Source: Candidatus Omnitrophota bacterium
GTDB lineage: Bacteria > Omnitrophota > Gorgyraeia > Gorgyraeales > Gorgyraeaceae
NCBI GenBank assembly: GCA_043821705.1
Contig: JBDRCN010000035.1
Location: forward strand, 43,321-107,320
Reading direction: 5' to 3'
Length of the DNA stretch: 64,000 nt
Below the pieces are notes generated by a model. The model ran no database searches, was not told the DNA's origin, and saw only the letters and a list, made by a program, of their open reading frames with translations. The translations under genes and the position numbers were made by a program. The number at the start of each line of letters is the position of its first letter. Positions within the stretch are counted from its first letter, which is position 1. Shown in pieces: positions 9,872 through 18,589 of the stretch.

Positions 9872-9972
9872 GGTTCTACTACGCCATTCGACTTCTTAAT
9901 CGATAGTATGGCTTCGTAGAAACCATTCCTGCGAAGCTCGAACGCGAAAGCATTCGAGCGTAGCAGAATGGT
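9872..9972. repeat. Two tandem hairpins, each with a GAA/GTA internal loop
   Basis: ggttctac-tac-gccat...atggc-ttc-gtagaaacc and accattcctgc-gaa-gctcgaa...ttcgagc-gta-gcagaatggt. Confidence 0.65.
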
Positions 9973-10009
9973 CGGGGCGACTGGATTCGAACCAGCGACC
10001 CCCTGAACC
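9968..10009 (-). repeat. Exact 42-bp copy of the tRNA-Pro 3' half (att-like)
   Basis: Identical to 10176-10217. Confidence 0.95.
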
Positions 10010-10176
10010 GTCGTTCGCTAACGCTCACTCCTTAAGAAAAAACCCTGATGGTTTTTTCTTAATATTCTTTTTCCTTGCGCAAGGAAGTATAGTACGCCGA
10101 TAAGGGGAAACTATCTTTCCCCTTAAAATCCCCTTGTTGGGTTCAAGGAAAACATGTCTCGCACACGCAAATCAGA

Positions 10177-10255
10177 TGGTCGGGGCGACTGGATTCGAAC
10201 CAGCGACCCCCTGAACCCCATTCAGGTGCGCTAAGCCAATCTGCGCTACGCCCCG
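10177..10255 (-). tRNA. tRNA-Pro (GGG), CCA encoded
   Basis: CGGGGCG acceptor stem, CCTGA-ATGGGGT-TCAGG anticodon arm, GGTTCGAATCC T arm, ACCA end. Confidence 0.96.
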
Positions 10256-10276
10256 TTACAAATTTTAAAAGATCCT

Positions 10277-11281
10277 CTATTGTTCTGCTTTTAGTTCTCT
10301 TGTCATCAATTCTTTTACTGCCAAAAGTGGTGATTTATTTTCAAATATCACTGAATAAACCTCTTTTGTAATAGGTAGATCGATATTATGTCTTTTTCCT
10401 AACTCCACTGCTGCCTTTACGCTCCAAGCCCCTTCTATTTCCATCACGCTATTTTTCAGGAATTCTTTAGGGTCTTTGCCTTTTCCGATCTCTTCGCCAA
10501 ACCCACGGTTCCTTCCTTCTTTGCTGATAGAAGTAGTTATAAGGTCTCCCAGGCCTGTTAATCCATTGAATGTCTCTGGGTATGCCCCCAATCTTTCACC
10601 GAGTCTTGACATCTCTATCAGTCCTCTTGTAAGAAGTGCTGCTTTTGTGTTCGCCCCAAAGCCAAGTCCATCTGAAATACCTACTGCAATAGCGATAATA
10701 TTTTTTAGCGATCCGCCAAGTTCTACACCTACCAGGTCATTATTTGTATAGACCCTAAATCTCTCTGTGCCAAATACATCTCTTATCTTTAAATCCAGAT
10801 CCTTTTTATTCGAAGAGATGACCACTGTTGTAGGAATATTCCTTGCTACTTCTGGTGCAATGCTAGGTCCTGAAAGAACACATAACTTAACATCTCCCAG
10901 GATCTCATCAATAACCTGACTCATTCTCTTTAGGGTCTTGTCTTCAAGCCCCTTTACTACACTTACATATATCGGATCTATACCGTTAAAAATATCTTTA
11001 TTCTTATCTAAGACCTCTCTTAAAAAACGTGATGGGATCGCGAGCACCACCAGATCTCTTCCGCTGACAGATGCCTTAAGATCACAGCTTACCTGGATAG
11101 ATGGTGGTATCTTGACCCCGGGCAAAAATTTCTTATTCTCTTTATTATTATTTATAGCATCTATATTTTCTTTAAATATACCCCAAAGAGATACATCATA
11201 GCCCTTATTGCTTAATAGAACTGCAAGAGCTGTCCCCCAACCACCATCACCCAATACTCCGATCTTCACTTTATCCTCCAC
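10277..11281 (-). CDS. gpsA: NAD(P)H-dependent glycerol-3-phosphate dehydrogenase
   Basis: GDGGWGTALA, LSGPSIA, GGSLKN, GLGDL. Confidence 0.97.
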   Translation of the reverse strand: MEDKVKIGVLGDGGWGTALAVLLSNKGYDVSLWGIFKENIDAINNNKENKKFLPGVKIPPSIQVSCDLKASVSGRDLVVLAIPSRFLREVLDKNKDIFNGIDPIYVSVVKGLEDKTLKRMSQVIDEILGDVKLCVLSGPSIAPEVARNIPTTVVISSNKKDLDLKIRDVFGTERFRVYTNNDLVGVELGGSLKNIIAIAVGISDGLGFGANTKAALLTRGLIEMSRLGERLGAYPETFNGLTGLGDLITTSISKEGRNRGFGEEIGKGKDPKEFLKNSVMEIEGAWSVKAAVELGKRHNIDLPITKEVYSVIFENKSPLLAVKELMTRELKAEQ

Positions 11282-11291
11282 AAGTTAATTA

Positions 11292-11320
11292 AGTTTATCA
11301 TATAGGAATTAAGTAGTCAA
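11292..11320 (-). promoter_or_regulatory. Promoter for gpsA
   Basis: TTGACT-17 bp-TAAACT with extended TGn. Confidence 0.6.
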
Positions 11321-11343
11321 TATAATCGAACTACGACAAAAAA

Positions 11344-11392
11344 ACCTAGCACTAATTTTCTGAATAACCCCAGAATAAAATTAGTGCTAGGT
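11344..11392 (-). terminator. Probable intrinsic terminator hairpin
   Basis: acctagcactaatttt/aaaattagtgctaggt IR followed by T-run on minus strand. Confidence 0.6.
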
Positions 11393-11409
11393 AACCAAGG
11401 AGATCTTAA

Positions 11410-11772
11410 TTATTTTTTTGTAGTACCTAAAAAATCTATCTCAAAAGAATGCTTGAATGTTATTGGATAAAGGCCATTTTTACATACTGCATAAAATTGG
11501 CCTACCACATCACATACAAAACTATCTTTCTTAGATTTAGTGTCATGTTTCTTAAAAATAAAGACGTGCCTCTTTGAAGGGCTCTTTGATACTGTCTGAG
11601 AAGTGCTTTCTAGCCCTTTTTGGCTATTCATATCAGCAGGCTTACCTATAATATAGACTGAGTGCCTCTTAGTAATAGTCTTAACCCCATTGTTTTCAAT
11701 AACTTCTGATATGTAGAGGTCTCTCCTCTTCTTATCTATTGAGGTTAGGTTTTTAAATACTAATTCTCTCAT
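11410..11772 (-). CDS. Hypothetical protein
   Basis: 120-aa ORF with candidate promoter TTGAAA-17-TATACT (11849-11877); no recognised motif. Confidence 0.7.
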   Translation of the reverse strand: MRELVFKNLTSIDKKRRDLYISEVIENNGVKTITKRHSVYIIGKPADMNSQKGLESTSQTVSKSPSKRHVFIFKKHDTKSKKDSFVCDVVGQFYAVCKNGLYPITFKHSFEIDFLGTTKK

Positions 11773-11886
11773 GTCTGCCTTTCACTTAATACTTTATAAA
11801 ACTATTTAGTCGATGTACAAAAAAAATCCATTCTCTATTTATATCTAAAGTATACCATACTGTTCTTTGATTTTCAAGGTAAGTGC

Positions 11887-12384
11887 CTACGATTTTAGGC
11901 AGTTAGGCAAAAGTAAGGATGCTATTAAAAGACAGGTACCTATAGTAATAGAGATATCTGCTATATTAAAGACTGGCCATATCCTAACATCAATAAAATC
12001 AACGACATAGCCCATTTTTAGCCTATCTATAAGGTTCCCAAAAGCCCCAGAAAATATCATAATAAATCCTATATTAAGAACCAGGTCTTTTAGAAGTTCC
12101 CCTTTTTTGATCCTTTTTATTAGGATAGAGGCTATTATTACGATCGCGATTATGGAGATTATTATAAAAAAATGAGTGGAGTTTTTAAATAGTCCAAAGG
12201 CTGCCCCAGTATTTCTGACATATGTAATGTGAAATATGTTCTTTATGAGAGGGATACTCTCCCCGACACCTAGGTTTTCTTTGATAAATAATTTAGTGAA
12301 TCGGTCTAGGATCAGTACTATCGAGACCAGGCAAGTTGCTATTAAAAATTGTTTTTTTCTTCCTTTGACTGGCATTGTATGCAT
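11887..12384 (-). CDS. lspA: Lipoprotein signal peptidase II
   Basis: NTGAAFG, GAFGNLIDR, VVDFID, FNIAD; start approximate. Confidence 0.97.
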   Translation of the reverse strand: MHTMPVKGRKKQFLIATCLVSIVLILDRFTKLFIKENLGVGESIPLIKNIFHITYVRNTGAAFGLFKNSTHFFIIISIIAIVIIASILIKRIKKGELLKDLVLNIGFIMIFSGAFGNLIDRLKMGYVVDFIDVRIWPVFNIADISITIGTCLLIASLLLPNCLKS

Positions 12385-12716
12385 TGGGTTGCGTAAGGTA
12401 ATGCGTTTAGGCGCTTGACTGGGATCTTTTTTTCACAAGAGAAGCACTTGCCGTACTTGCCTTCTTTTATGCGCTTTAATGCCTCGTCTATCTTATAGAT
12501 GATCTCTTGTTCACCGCTTGCAATATTAAAGCTCAATTCTCTATCATAACTATCGCTAGCCATATCTGCCATGTGAGAACTATAACTTGAAAGATCACCT
12601 GAAGCTTCTTTTTGAGAAGCCTTGTTCTGCTTAGCGATATTATGTATCTCGTCCATTACCTCTTCTCTTTTTTTAAGAAGTAATTTTTTAAACTTAGCTG
12701 CCTCTGTCTTTATCAT
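12342..12716 (-). CDS. dksA: TraR/DksA C4 zinc-finger protein
   Basis: HMADMASD, GKYGKCFSC...RLNALPYATQCIQC; start moved to ATG 12716 after RBS. Confidence 0.85.
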   Translation of the reverse strand: MIKTEAAKFKKLLLKKREEVMDEIHNIAKQNKASQKEASGDLSSYSSHMADMASDSYDRELSFNIASGEQEIIYKIDEALKRIKEGKYGKCFSCEKKIPVKRLNALPYATQCIQCQSKEEKNNF

Positions 12717-12734
12717 GAAAAACCTATCTCCCTT

Positions 12735-12843
12735 CTTTAATGAGCACATCACTTAGCAAACAAAGTGAAGCTAAGTGATTAGTGCGAATTAAATCCCGCC
12801 CCTTTAGTAACTATTATTTAATAGTAGCTAAAAGGGGCGGGAT
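12735..12843. repeat. Twin-hairpin repeat family 3, copy 1
   Basis: gcacatcacttagc..gctaagtgattagtgc plus atcccgcccctttag..ctaaaaggggcgggat; homologous to 41414-41522. Confidence 0.9.
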
Positions 12844-12850
12844 CAAATTC

Positions 12851-12891
12851 AGACTCATAAGTTACGTCATTTCATTCCGTAACTTATGTCT
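12851..12891 (-). repeat. Hairpin with GA-rich loop (GAATGAAATGA), REP-like
   Basis: cataagttacg/cgtaacttatg arms. Confidence 0.6.
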
Positions 12892-15630
12892 TCATTTGAC
12901 AATATCCAAGCATCTCTTGCATAGTGTCGGATGATCAGGATCTTCTCCCAGATCTAAAGTAAAGTTCCAGCATCTTTCGCATTTACTGCCGTCTGCTTTT
13001 ACAACCTCTATTCTTCTATCTTTACTTTTCTCCAGCTGGACCTGTGAGCTTATAAAAAATGCTGCCAGGTCTAACTTGTAATTTGTCAAAAAATTATACT
13101 CTACATCATCTTTCATGTAAAGCTTTATTTTTGCTTCCAGAGGGCTCCCTATTACCTTTGCAGCCCTCTTCTCTTCAATTGCTTTCAATACTTCGACCCT
13201 TAAACTCTCTAATCTCTTAAAATTCTCTTCTAATTCGAGGTTTATAAATTCACTCTCCAGCTTAGGCCAATCTGCCAGATGTATTGAACCCTCTCCCTTA
13301 AAATATCCCCAGACCTCTTCACATGTAAAAGGCAAGATCGGAGCAAGTACCCTTACTAGAATATCCAGTATCTTATAGAGCGCTGTCTGAGCTGAGCGCC
13401 TTTCATTTGATTTTTCCCCAAAAGTATACAGTCTATCCTTTAAAATATCAAGGTAAAAACTGGACATCTCTACTATGCAGAATTTATACACAGTACTTAC
13501 TACTTCATGATATCTATAGTTTTCATACGCCAGAGTAACGCTTTTCAGCATAGAATTAGCCCTGGACAAGGCCCATCTATCTATCTCGAGCATATCCTTT
13601 TTATCTACTTTATCTTTTTCGAGATCAAAATCACAGATATTGCCTAATATATATTTAGCAGTGTTCCTGAATTTTCTATAGGCCTCTACTGTGCGCTGCA
13701 AGATCTCCTCTGATATCTTTATATCATCAAAATACGACGACGCACTCACCCAAAGTCTTAAGACATCTGCGCCTTTTTTAGAGATGATCTCCTGCGGTGC
13801 GATCACATTGCCAGCTGATTTACTCATCTTCTTGCCTTCACCATCTACTACGAAACCATGAGTAAGTACATTTTTAAACGGACTTTTACCTACTACTCCC
13901 ATACCTATTAATAGAGAGGTCTGAAACCACCCTCTGTGTTGATCGCTTCCTTCTAGGTATAGATCTGCTGGAAATCCTAGATTCTCTCTTATCTTTAAGA
14001 CTCCTTGATGACTTGCTCCTGATTCAAACCATACATCCAGGATATCAGTCTCTTTTTTAAATTCACTTCCTCCGCATAAACACTTAAACCCTTCTGGTAA
14101 AAATTCTTTCGCTTCCTTTATAAACCATGCGTCTGAGCCCTGTTTTTCAAAAATCTCTTCTATTAACTTCATGGCTTTTTTATCAATTATCTCCTTATCA
14201 CAAGACATACAGTATATAATAGGTACAGGCACTCCCCAATAACGCTGCCTTGAGAGGCACCAATCAGGCCTAAGCTCTATCATGCCTCTGATCCTCTTCT
14301 CTCCTGCTTCAGGCACCCACTTTATTTTTCCTATCTCTTTTAGGGTCCTTGGGCGAAGTTCTTTTTTATCCACTCCTAAAAACCACTGTTTAGTTGCCCT
14401 GAATATAAGAGGACTATGGCATCTCCAGCAATGTGGGTAAGAATGGGAGGTCTCTTCCCAAAGAAGAAGCGCCTCAGTCTCCATTAAAAGTTTTTTGACT
14501 ATCTCGTTCGTCTTATAGATATCTTTTCCAATGACTTCTTCTGGGACTTCAAATCCTTGAGGCTTAAAGAACTTACCTTTATCATCAATCGGCATAATAG
14601 CAGGAAGGCCGTACTTTAAACCTGCTTGATAGTCTTCCTGGCCATGTCCTGGCGCAATATGTACGCAACCAGTACCATCTTCACTTGAGACATAATCTGC
14701 GAGGACTACTTTCGCTTCTCGGCCGATAAAAGGATGCTTTGTAACTATACCTTCCAATTCTTTTCCTGAAAATCTCTTGATGATCTTTCCATCCAGGTCA
14801 AGTTTTTCAGTCAACTTTTCTAAGAGAGCTTCAGTAAACACTATCACACCGCCGTGCTTTCTCTCAAAAGCAACATATTTTAGGTCAGGATGTATAGCTA
14901 TAGCTACATTTGAGATAAGAGTCCATGGAGTAGTGGTCCATACTAGAAAACATGCATTATTATCTTTTAAGAATCCATCTGATGTGACCTTAAACTCTAC
15001 GTATATTGACGGGGATCTATGTTCTTCATATTCTACTTCAGCTTCTGCTAATGCAGTCTCACATTTACTACACCAGTTTATAGGTTTAAGGCCTCTATAG
15101 ATAAGGCCATCACTTAAGAGCTTATTGAAGCTCGAGATTATTTCCCTTTCATAAGTTTTATCTAATGTAAGGTATGGATCCTCCCAATCACCAAATACAG
15201 CTAGTCTTTTAAACTCATCTTTCTGGATATTGACAAATTTCATAGCAAAGTCATGTGCCATCTTTCTAAATTTCACCTGCAAAACATCGTGCTTGGTCTT
15301 TTTCATCTCCTTGAAAAGCTGGTGTTCTATGGGCATTCCATGGCAATCCCATCCAGGGACATATGGCGCATTAAAACCCTGCATTGTCTTATATTTCACT
15401 ACTATGTCTTTTAGTGTCTTATTTAAGGCGTGGCCTATATGAATATTTCCATTAGCATACGGCGGTCCATCATGAAGTATATATTTAGGAGAATCTTTCC
15501 GGTGCTCTCTGATCTTTTTATATATGTTTTCTTTTTCCCATTTCTCGAGAATAACTGGTTCTTTTTGCGGAAGGTTCCCCTTCATGGGAAATTCAGTCTT
15601 TGGTAAATTCAGGGTTTTCTTGTATTCCAT
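12892..15630 (-). CDS. ileS: Isoleucyl-tRNA synthetase (type 1)
   Basis: HIGH, WTTTPWT, GSDQHRGWF, KMSKS, C-terminal CERCW zinc finger. Confidence 0.99.
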   Translation of the reverse strand: MEYKKTLNLPKTEFPMKGNLPQKEPVILEKWEKENIYKKIREHRKDSPKYILHDGPPYANGNIHIGHALNKTLKDIVVKYKTMQGFNAPYVPGWDCHGMPIEHQLFKEMKKTKHDVLQVKFRKMAHDFAMKFVNIQKDEFKRLAVFGDWEDPYLTLDKTYEREIISSFNKLLSDGLIYRGLKPINWCSKCETALAEAEVEYEEHRSPSIYVEFKVTSDGFLKDNNACFLVWTTTPWTLISNVAIAIHPDLKYVAFERKHGGVIVFTEALLEKLTEKLDLDGKIIKRFSGKELEGIVTKHPFIGREAKVVLADYVSSEDGTGCVHIAPGHGQEDYQAGLKYGLPAIMPIDDKGKFFKPQGFEVPEEVIGKDIYKTNEIVKKLLMETEALLLWEETSHSYPHCWRCHSPLIFRATKQWFLGVDKKELRPRTLKEIGKIKWVPEAGEKRIRGMIELRPDWCLSRQRYWGVPVPIIYCMSCDKEIIDKKAMKLIEEIFEKQGSDAWFIKEAKEFLPEGFKCLCGGSEFKKETDILDVWFESGASHQGVLKIRENLGFPADLYLEGSDQHRGWFQTSLLIGMGVVGKSPFKNVLTHGFVVDGEGKKMSKSAGNVIAPQEIISKKGADVLRLWVSASSYFDDIKISEEILQRTVEAYRKFRNTAKYILGNICDFDLEKDKVDKKDMLEIDRWALSRANSMLKSVTLAYENYRYHEVVSTVYKFCIVEMSSFYLDILKDRLYTFGEKSNERRSAQTALYKILDILVRVLAPILPFTCEEVWGYFKGEGSIHLADWPKLESEFINLELEENFKRLESLRVEVLKAIEEKRAAKVIGSPLEAKIKLYMKDDVEYNFLTNYKLDLAAFFISSQVQLEKSKDRRIEVVKADGSKCERCWNFTLDLGEDPDHPTLCKRCLDIVK

Positions 15631-15632
15631 AA

Positions 15633-16484
15633 TTACATGTACTTTCCGATGATTATGTCTAATTTTTTCTTAGTCGTTTCTGGGATCAATTTCCTATCTG
15701 TAATGATCGCATATTTAAGAGCATCTTTGCATTCGCACGCTCTTTCTTTGGCCAGCTCGGGCACTACAGCCTTTATAAGGCGTTTTGCATTCTCTACGTT
15801 CTTAGTCAGATTAGCTATGACCATGTCAATAGTCACCATCTCTTCGTGCCAGCAATCATAATCAGTGACAAATGCGACTGTCGAATAACAAATTTCAGCT
15901 TCTCTTGCTAATCGTGCTTCAGGCATATTAGTCATACCTATAATATCCAGTCCCAGGCCTTTAAATAAAAGAGATTCACCTTTTGTTGAGAATGCTGGGC
16001 CTTCCATGTTTAGGTATGTGCCTTTTGGATGAGCAGTTAATTTAAGCTCCTTTGTGGCTTCAAATATCGTCTCTCTAAGATGCCTACAAACAGGTTCAGC
16101 AAATGTAATGTGCCCGACTATGCCCTCACCGAAGAATGTTGTCTTACGAGCTTGGTTGGTCCTATCTACAAACTGATCAGGAAGTACAATGTCTAAGGGC
16201 TTAAGCTCTTTTTTATAGCTACCTACTGCTGAGATCGAGATAATCCTTTCTACCCCAAGCTTTTTCATACCATATATATTTGCCCTATAATTTAATTCTG
16301 TAGGAAGGATCCTATGGCCTCTACCATGCCTCGGAAGAAATGCTACTTCTATGCCTTCTAATGTTCCAGTGGTATAGCTATCTGAGGGATCACCAAAAGG
16401 CGTATCCATCTTTACTTCTTTTATATTATTTAAGCTATCTATATTATATAGACCACTTCCGCCTATAATGCCAATTTTAGCCAT
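15633..16484 (-). CDS. mtnP: S-methyl-5'-thioadenosine phosphorylase
   Basis: GIIGGSG, RHGRGH, NYRANI, EGPAFST, TDYDCW. Confidence 0.95.
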   Translation of the reverse strand: MAKIGIIGGSGLYNIDSLNNIKEVKMDTPFGDPSDSYTTGTLEGIEVAFLPRHGRGHRILPTELNYRANIYGMKKLGVERIISISAVGSYKKELKPLDIVLPDQFVDRTNQARKTTFFGEGIVGHITFAEPVCRHLRETIFEATKELKLTAHPKGTYLNMEGPAFSTKGESLLFKGLGLDIIGMTNMPEARLAREAEICYSTVAFVTDYDCWHEEMVTIDMVIANLTKNVENAKRLIKAVVPELAKERACECKDALKYAIITDRKLIPETTKKKLDIIIGKYM

Positions 16485-16571
16485 ATTTTCCTCCAAATTT
16501 TAAATTAATTTGATGTGGTATATTATCACATCAGGGAAGGTTATGCAATGATTTTTCTCTATGATTTTTCT

Positions 16572-17612
16572 CTATGAGGATTGATCTTTTTTTAAGGCTC
16601 TTTTGATCATAAACTCTACATTTTCATTAGTATTTTTGTAAATAATGTTTTTGTTCCGATTGTTTGACTTCCATACCCGAAATACCTCATCAGCAAATCC
16701 CTGTCCTACTGTCTCTACACCGTCAAAATCCAATATGATCTCCTCAAATTTATCTAATCCTGTTAAAAGCCTCCTGGCCTGCGATCTAGAGATGTATTCG
16801 GAAGTCATTTTATATAACTTTACAATAACCTTGGTCCTAGTGAATTTAAATGAGTCATCTGCGTAGGCGTTAAAAATATCCCTAAGCTTTCTTTTTGAAT
16901 CAAGGCTTATTGAAAAAAATACTTTTGTGCCTATAAATTTATTTATATCCTTTATAAAAATATCCTGCACTATATTATCAAAGATCAGTTTTTTTGTGGA
17001 ACTTTGAATTCTCAAGATATCAGCTGCCTTTGAGGTAAAAAATATACCCTCGCCGCTATGAGATTTAGGCTGAGTTGACAATTTACCTTTTATAAGATCT
17101 TGTATGGCTTCAGATTCATTCTTAAGCCCCTTTTTCTTTATTATATTGTTATAAATCCCTATTCCCTTATCTCTCACTGAAAATCTGATGCCAATATCAT
17201 CTCTATCCATAACCACTTCTATCTTTTTAGACTCAGAATGCTCAATAGCGTTATTTAACATCTCAGTAAAGGCATATCCCAAAATCGCTGAAACATTTTC
17301 AGAGATGCCAACAAAAATACTTGTTTTATTCTTAATTTTATCAAGAATAATATCCTCGGATAAATCCAAATTATTTAAGATATAATAAGATCTTAATATA
17401 GTTTTTTTAGCCTCTTTTATGTTTTCTTCGTTTGCAATTATATACCGCGCTTTGTTTGCTTTTCCAATAAGAACTATTTTGCCCTCTTCTCTCAATCGTT
17501 GGAAAAATCGGTTTATATACACTCGTGAAAATCCAGTAAGCTTAGTAAGGTCAGAGACCTTCACTTCTTTTTTCTTTTCCAGTAACTGCATTATTGATTT
17601 GGTAATATCCAT
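16572..17612 (-). CDS. HTH + HATPase-like + STAS-like (DUF4325) protein
   Basis: N-terminal HTH-like segment, EMLNNAIEHS / DKGIGI / GEGIFF, C-terminal SRSQARRLL...LDFDGV...FADEVF. Confidence 0.85.
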   Translation of the reverse strand: MDITKSIMQLLEKKKEVKVSDLTKLTGFSRVYINRFFQRLREEGKIVLIGKANKARYIIANEENIKEAKKTILRSYYILNNLDLSEDIILDKIKNKTSIFVGISENVSAILGYAFTEMLNNAIEHSESKKIEVVMDRDDIGIRFSVRDKGIGIYNNIIKKKGLKNESEAIQDLIKGKLSTQPKSHSGEGIFFTSKAADILRIQSSTKKLIFDNIVQDIFIKDINKFIGTKVFFSISLDSKRKLRDIFNAYADDSFKFTRTKVIVKLYKMTSEYISRSQARRLLTGLDKFEEIILDFDGVETVGQGFADEVFRVWKSNNRNKNIIYKNTNENVEFMIKRALKKDQSS

Positions 17613-17722
17613 ATTATATCTCCTTAAAAACATATTTTGTTAACAACTTATATATAAAATATAAAATTAAAGCTGTTAACAAGTTGTAAACTGCTTAATA
17701 GTCCTCAAAAAGTAGTATTTAG

Positions 17723-17762
17723 TTTAAAACTATAGTATATACTATAGTTTTAAAGTTGTCAA
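17723..17762 (-). promoter_or_regulatory. Promoter overlapped by a perfect 32-bp palindrome
   Basis: TTGACA-17 bp-TATACT; palindrome TTTAAAACTATAGTATATACTATAGTTTTAAA at 17723-17754. Confidence 0.7.
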
Positions 17763-17770
17763 CAAGTTAT

Positions 17771-18577
17771 CTACTTTTTTGAAAGAGATCTGGATTTGTT
17801 ATAGGCAGATTTTAGGGCGAGTTTGACTATTTTTTCAAAGCCTTTTTTCTTGAATACCTCTAGTGCTGCTTCAGTAGTACCGCCTTTTGAAGCAACTTTC
17901 TTCACAAAATCCTGCATAGAGATATTGCTCTTAGAAGCAACTGCACCCGCCCCTACAAAGGTAGCTAGAGCGAGCTTTCTAGCTAGGTCTTTTTTTAGTC
18001 CGCAGGATATACCAGCTTTTTCTAATAGATCTGTAAGTAGGAAATAATACGCAGGTCCGCTTCCACTTAAAGCAGTAACAGCATGCATCAGACTTTCTTT
18101 TACTACTACTACACCCCCTACTTTCGAGAAGATCTTCTTTGCCTTTTCCATGTCCTTTTTCTTAGCATACTTTCCCTTAGATATAGCAGAGATCCCTTTG
18201 CCTACCATTAAAGGCATGTTAGGCATTACTCTGACTACTCTCACATTACAAAACGAGTAGGGGAGGTTTAAACCTCCCCTACTCGTTAGGGCCTTTTCTA
18301 TAAACTTGGTTTCGATGCCTGCTGCAATAGAAATAATCAATTTATTTTTAGTAAAAGGCGTTATCTCCTTTAAGACGCTTGATATGTTCTGAGGTTTTAC
18401 AGCTAATATTATAATATTGGATCTTTTGACTAGCTCTATATTATTTTTAGCTAGTTTTATTGACCTGATCTTTATCTTGCGAAGTTTCTTTTTATCCAGA
18501 TCACTCAGCAAGAGTCCTTTTCCAATCCTTACTGCAATAGCCTTACCCATATTACCCGCACCGATCATGCCTATCAT
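17771..18577 (-). CDS. proC: Pyrroline-5-carboxylate reductase
   Basis: GAGNMG, LAVKPQ, VRVMPN, SGSGPAY, VASKGGTT. Confidence 0.97.
   Translation of the reverse strand: MIGMIGAGNMGKAIAVRIGKGLLLSDLDKKKLRKIKIRSIKLAKNNIELVKRSNIIILAVKPQNISSVLKEITPFTKNKLIISIAAGIETKFIEKALTSRGGLNLPYSFCNVRVVRVMPNMPLMVGKGISAISKGKYAKKKDMEKAKKIFSKVGGVVVVKESLMHAVTALSGSGPAYYFLLTDLLEKAGISCGLKKDLARKLALATFVGAGAVASKSNISMQDFVKKVASKGGTTEAALEVFKKKGFEKIVKLALKSAYNKSRSLSKK
18252..18287. repeat. Perfect 36-bp GTAG-type REP-like palindrome in frame within proC
   Basis: AACGAGTAGGGGAGGTTTAAACCTCCCCTACTCGTT. Confidence 0.9.
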
Positions 18578-18589
18578 CTTCTCTCCTTA

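Noticed and set aside
10010-10175. Intron-containing second tRNA-Pro
   Set aside because: No matching 5' acceptor or D-arm half, and no group I core is recognisable
16548-16573. 13-bp tandem duplication ATGATTTTTCTCT as a target-site duplication
   Set aside because: Both copies are on the same side of the DUF4325 gene, so it does not flank an insertion
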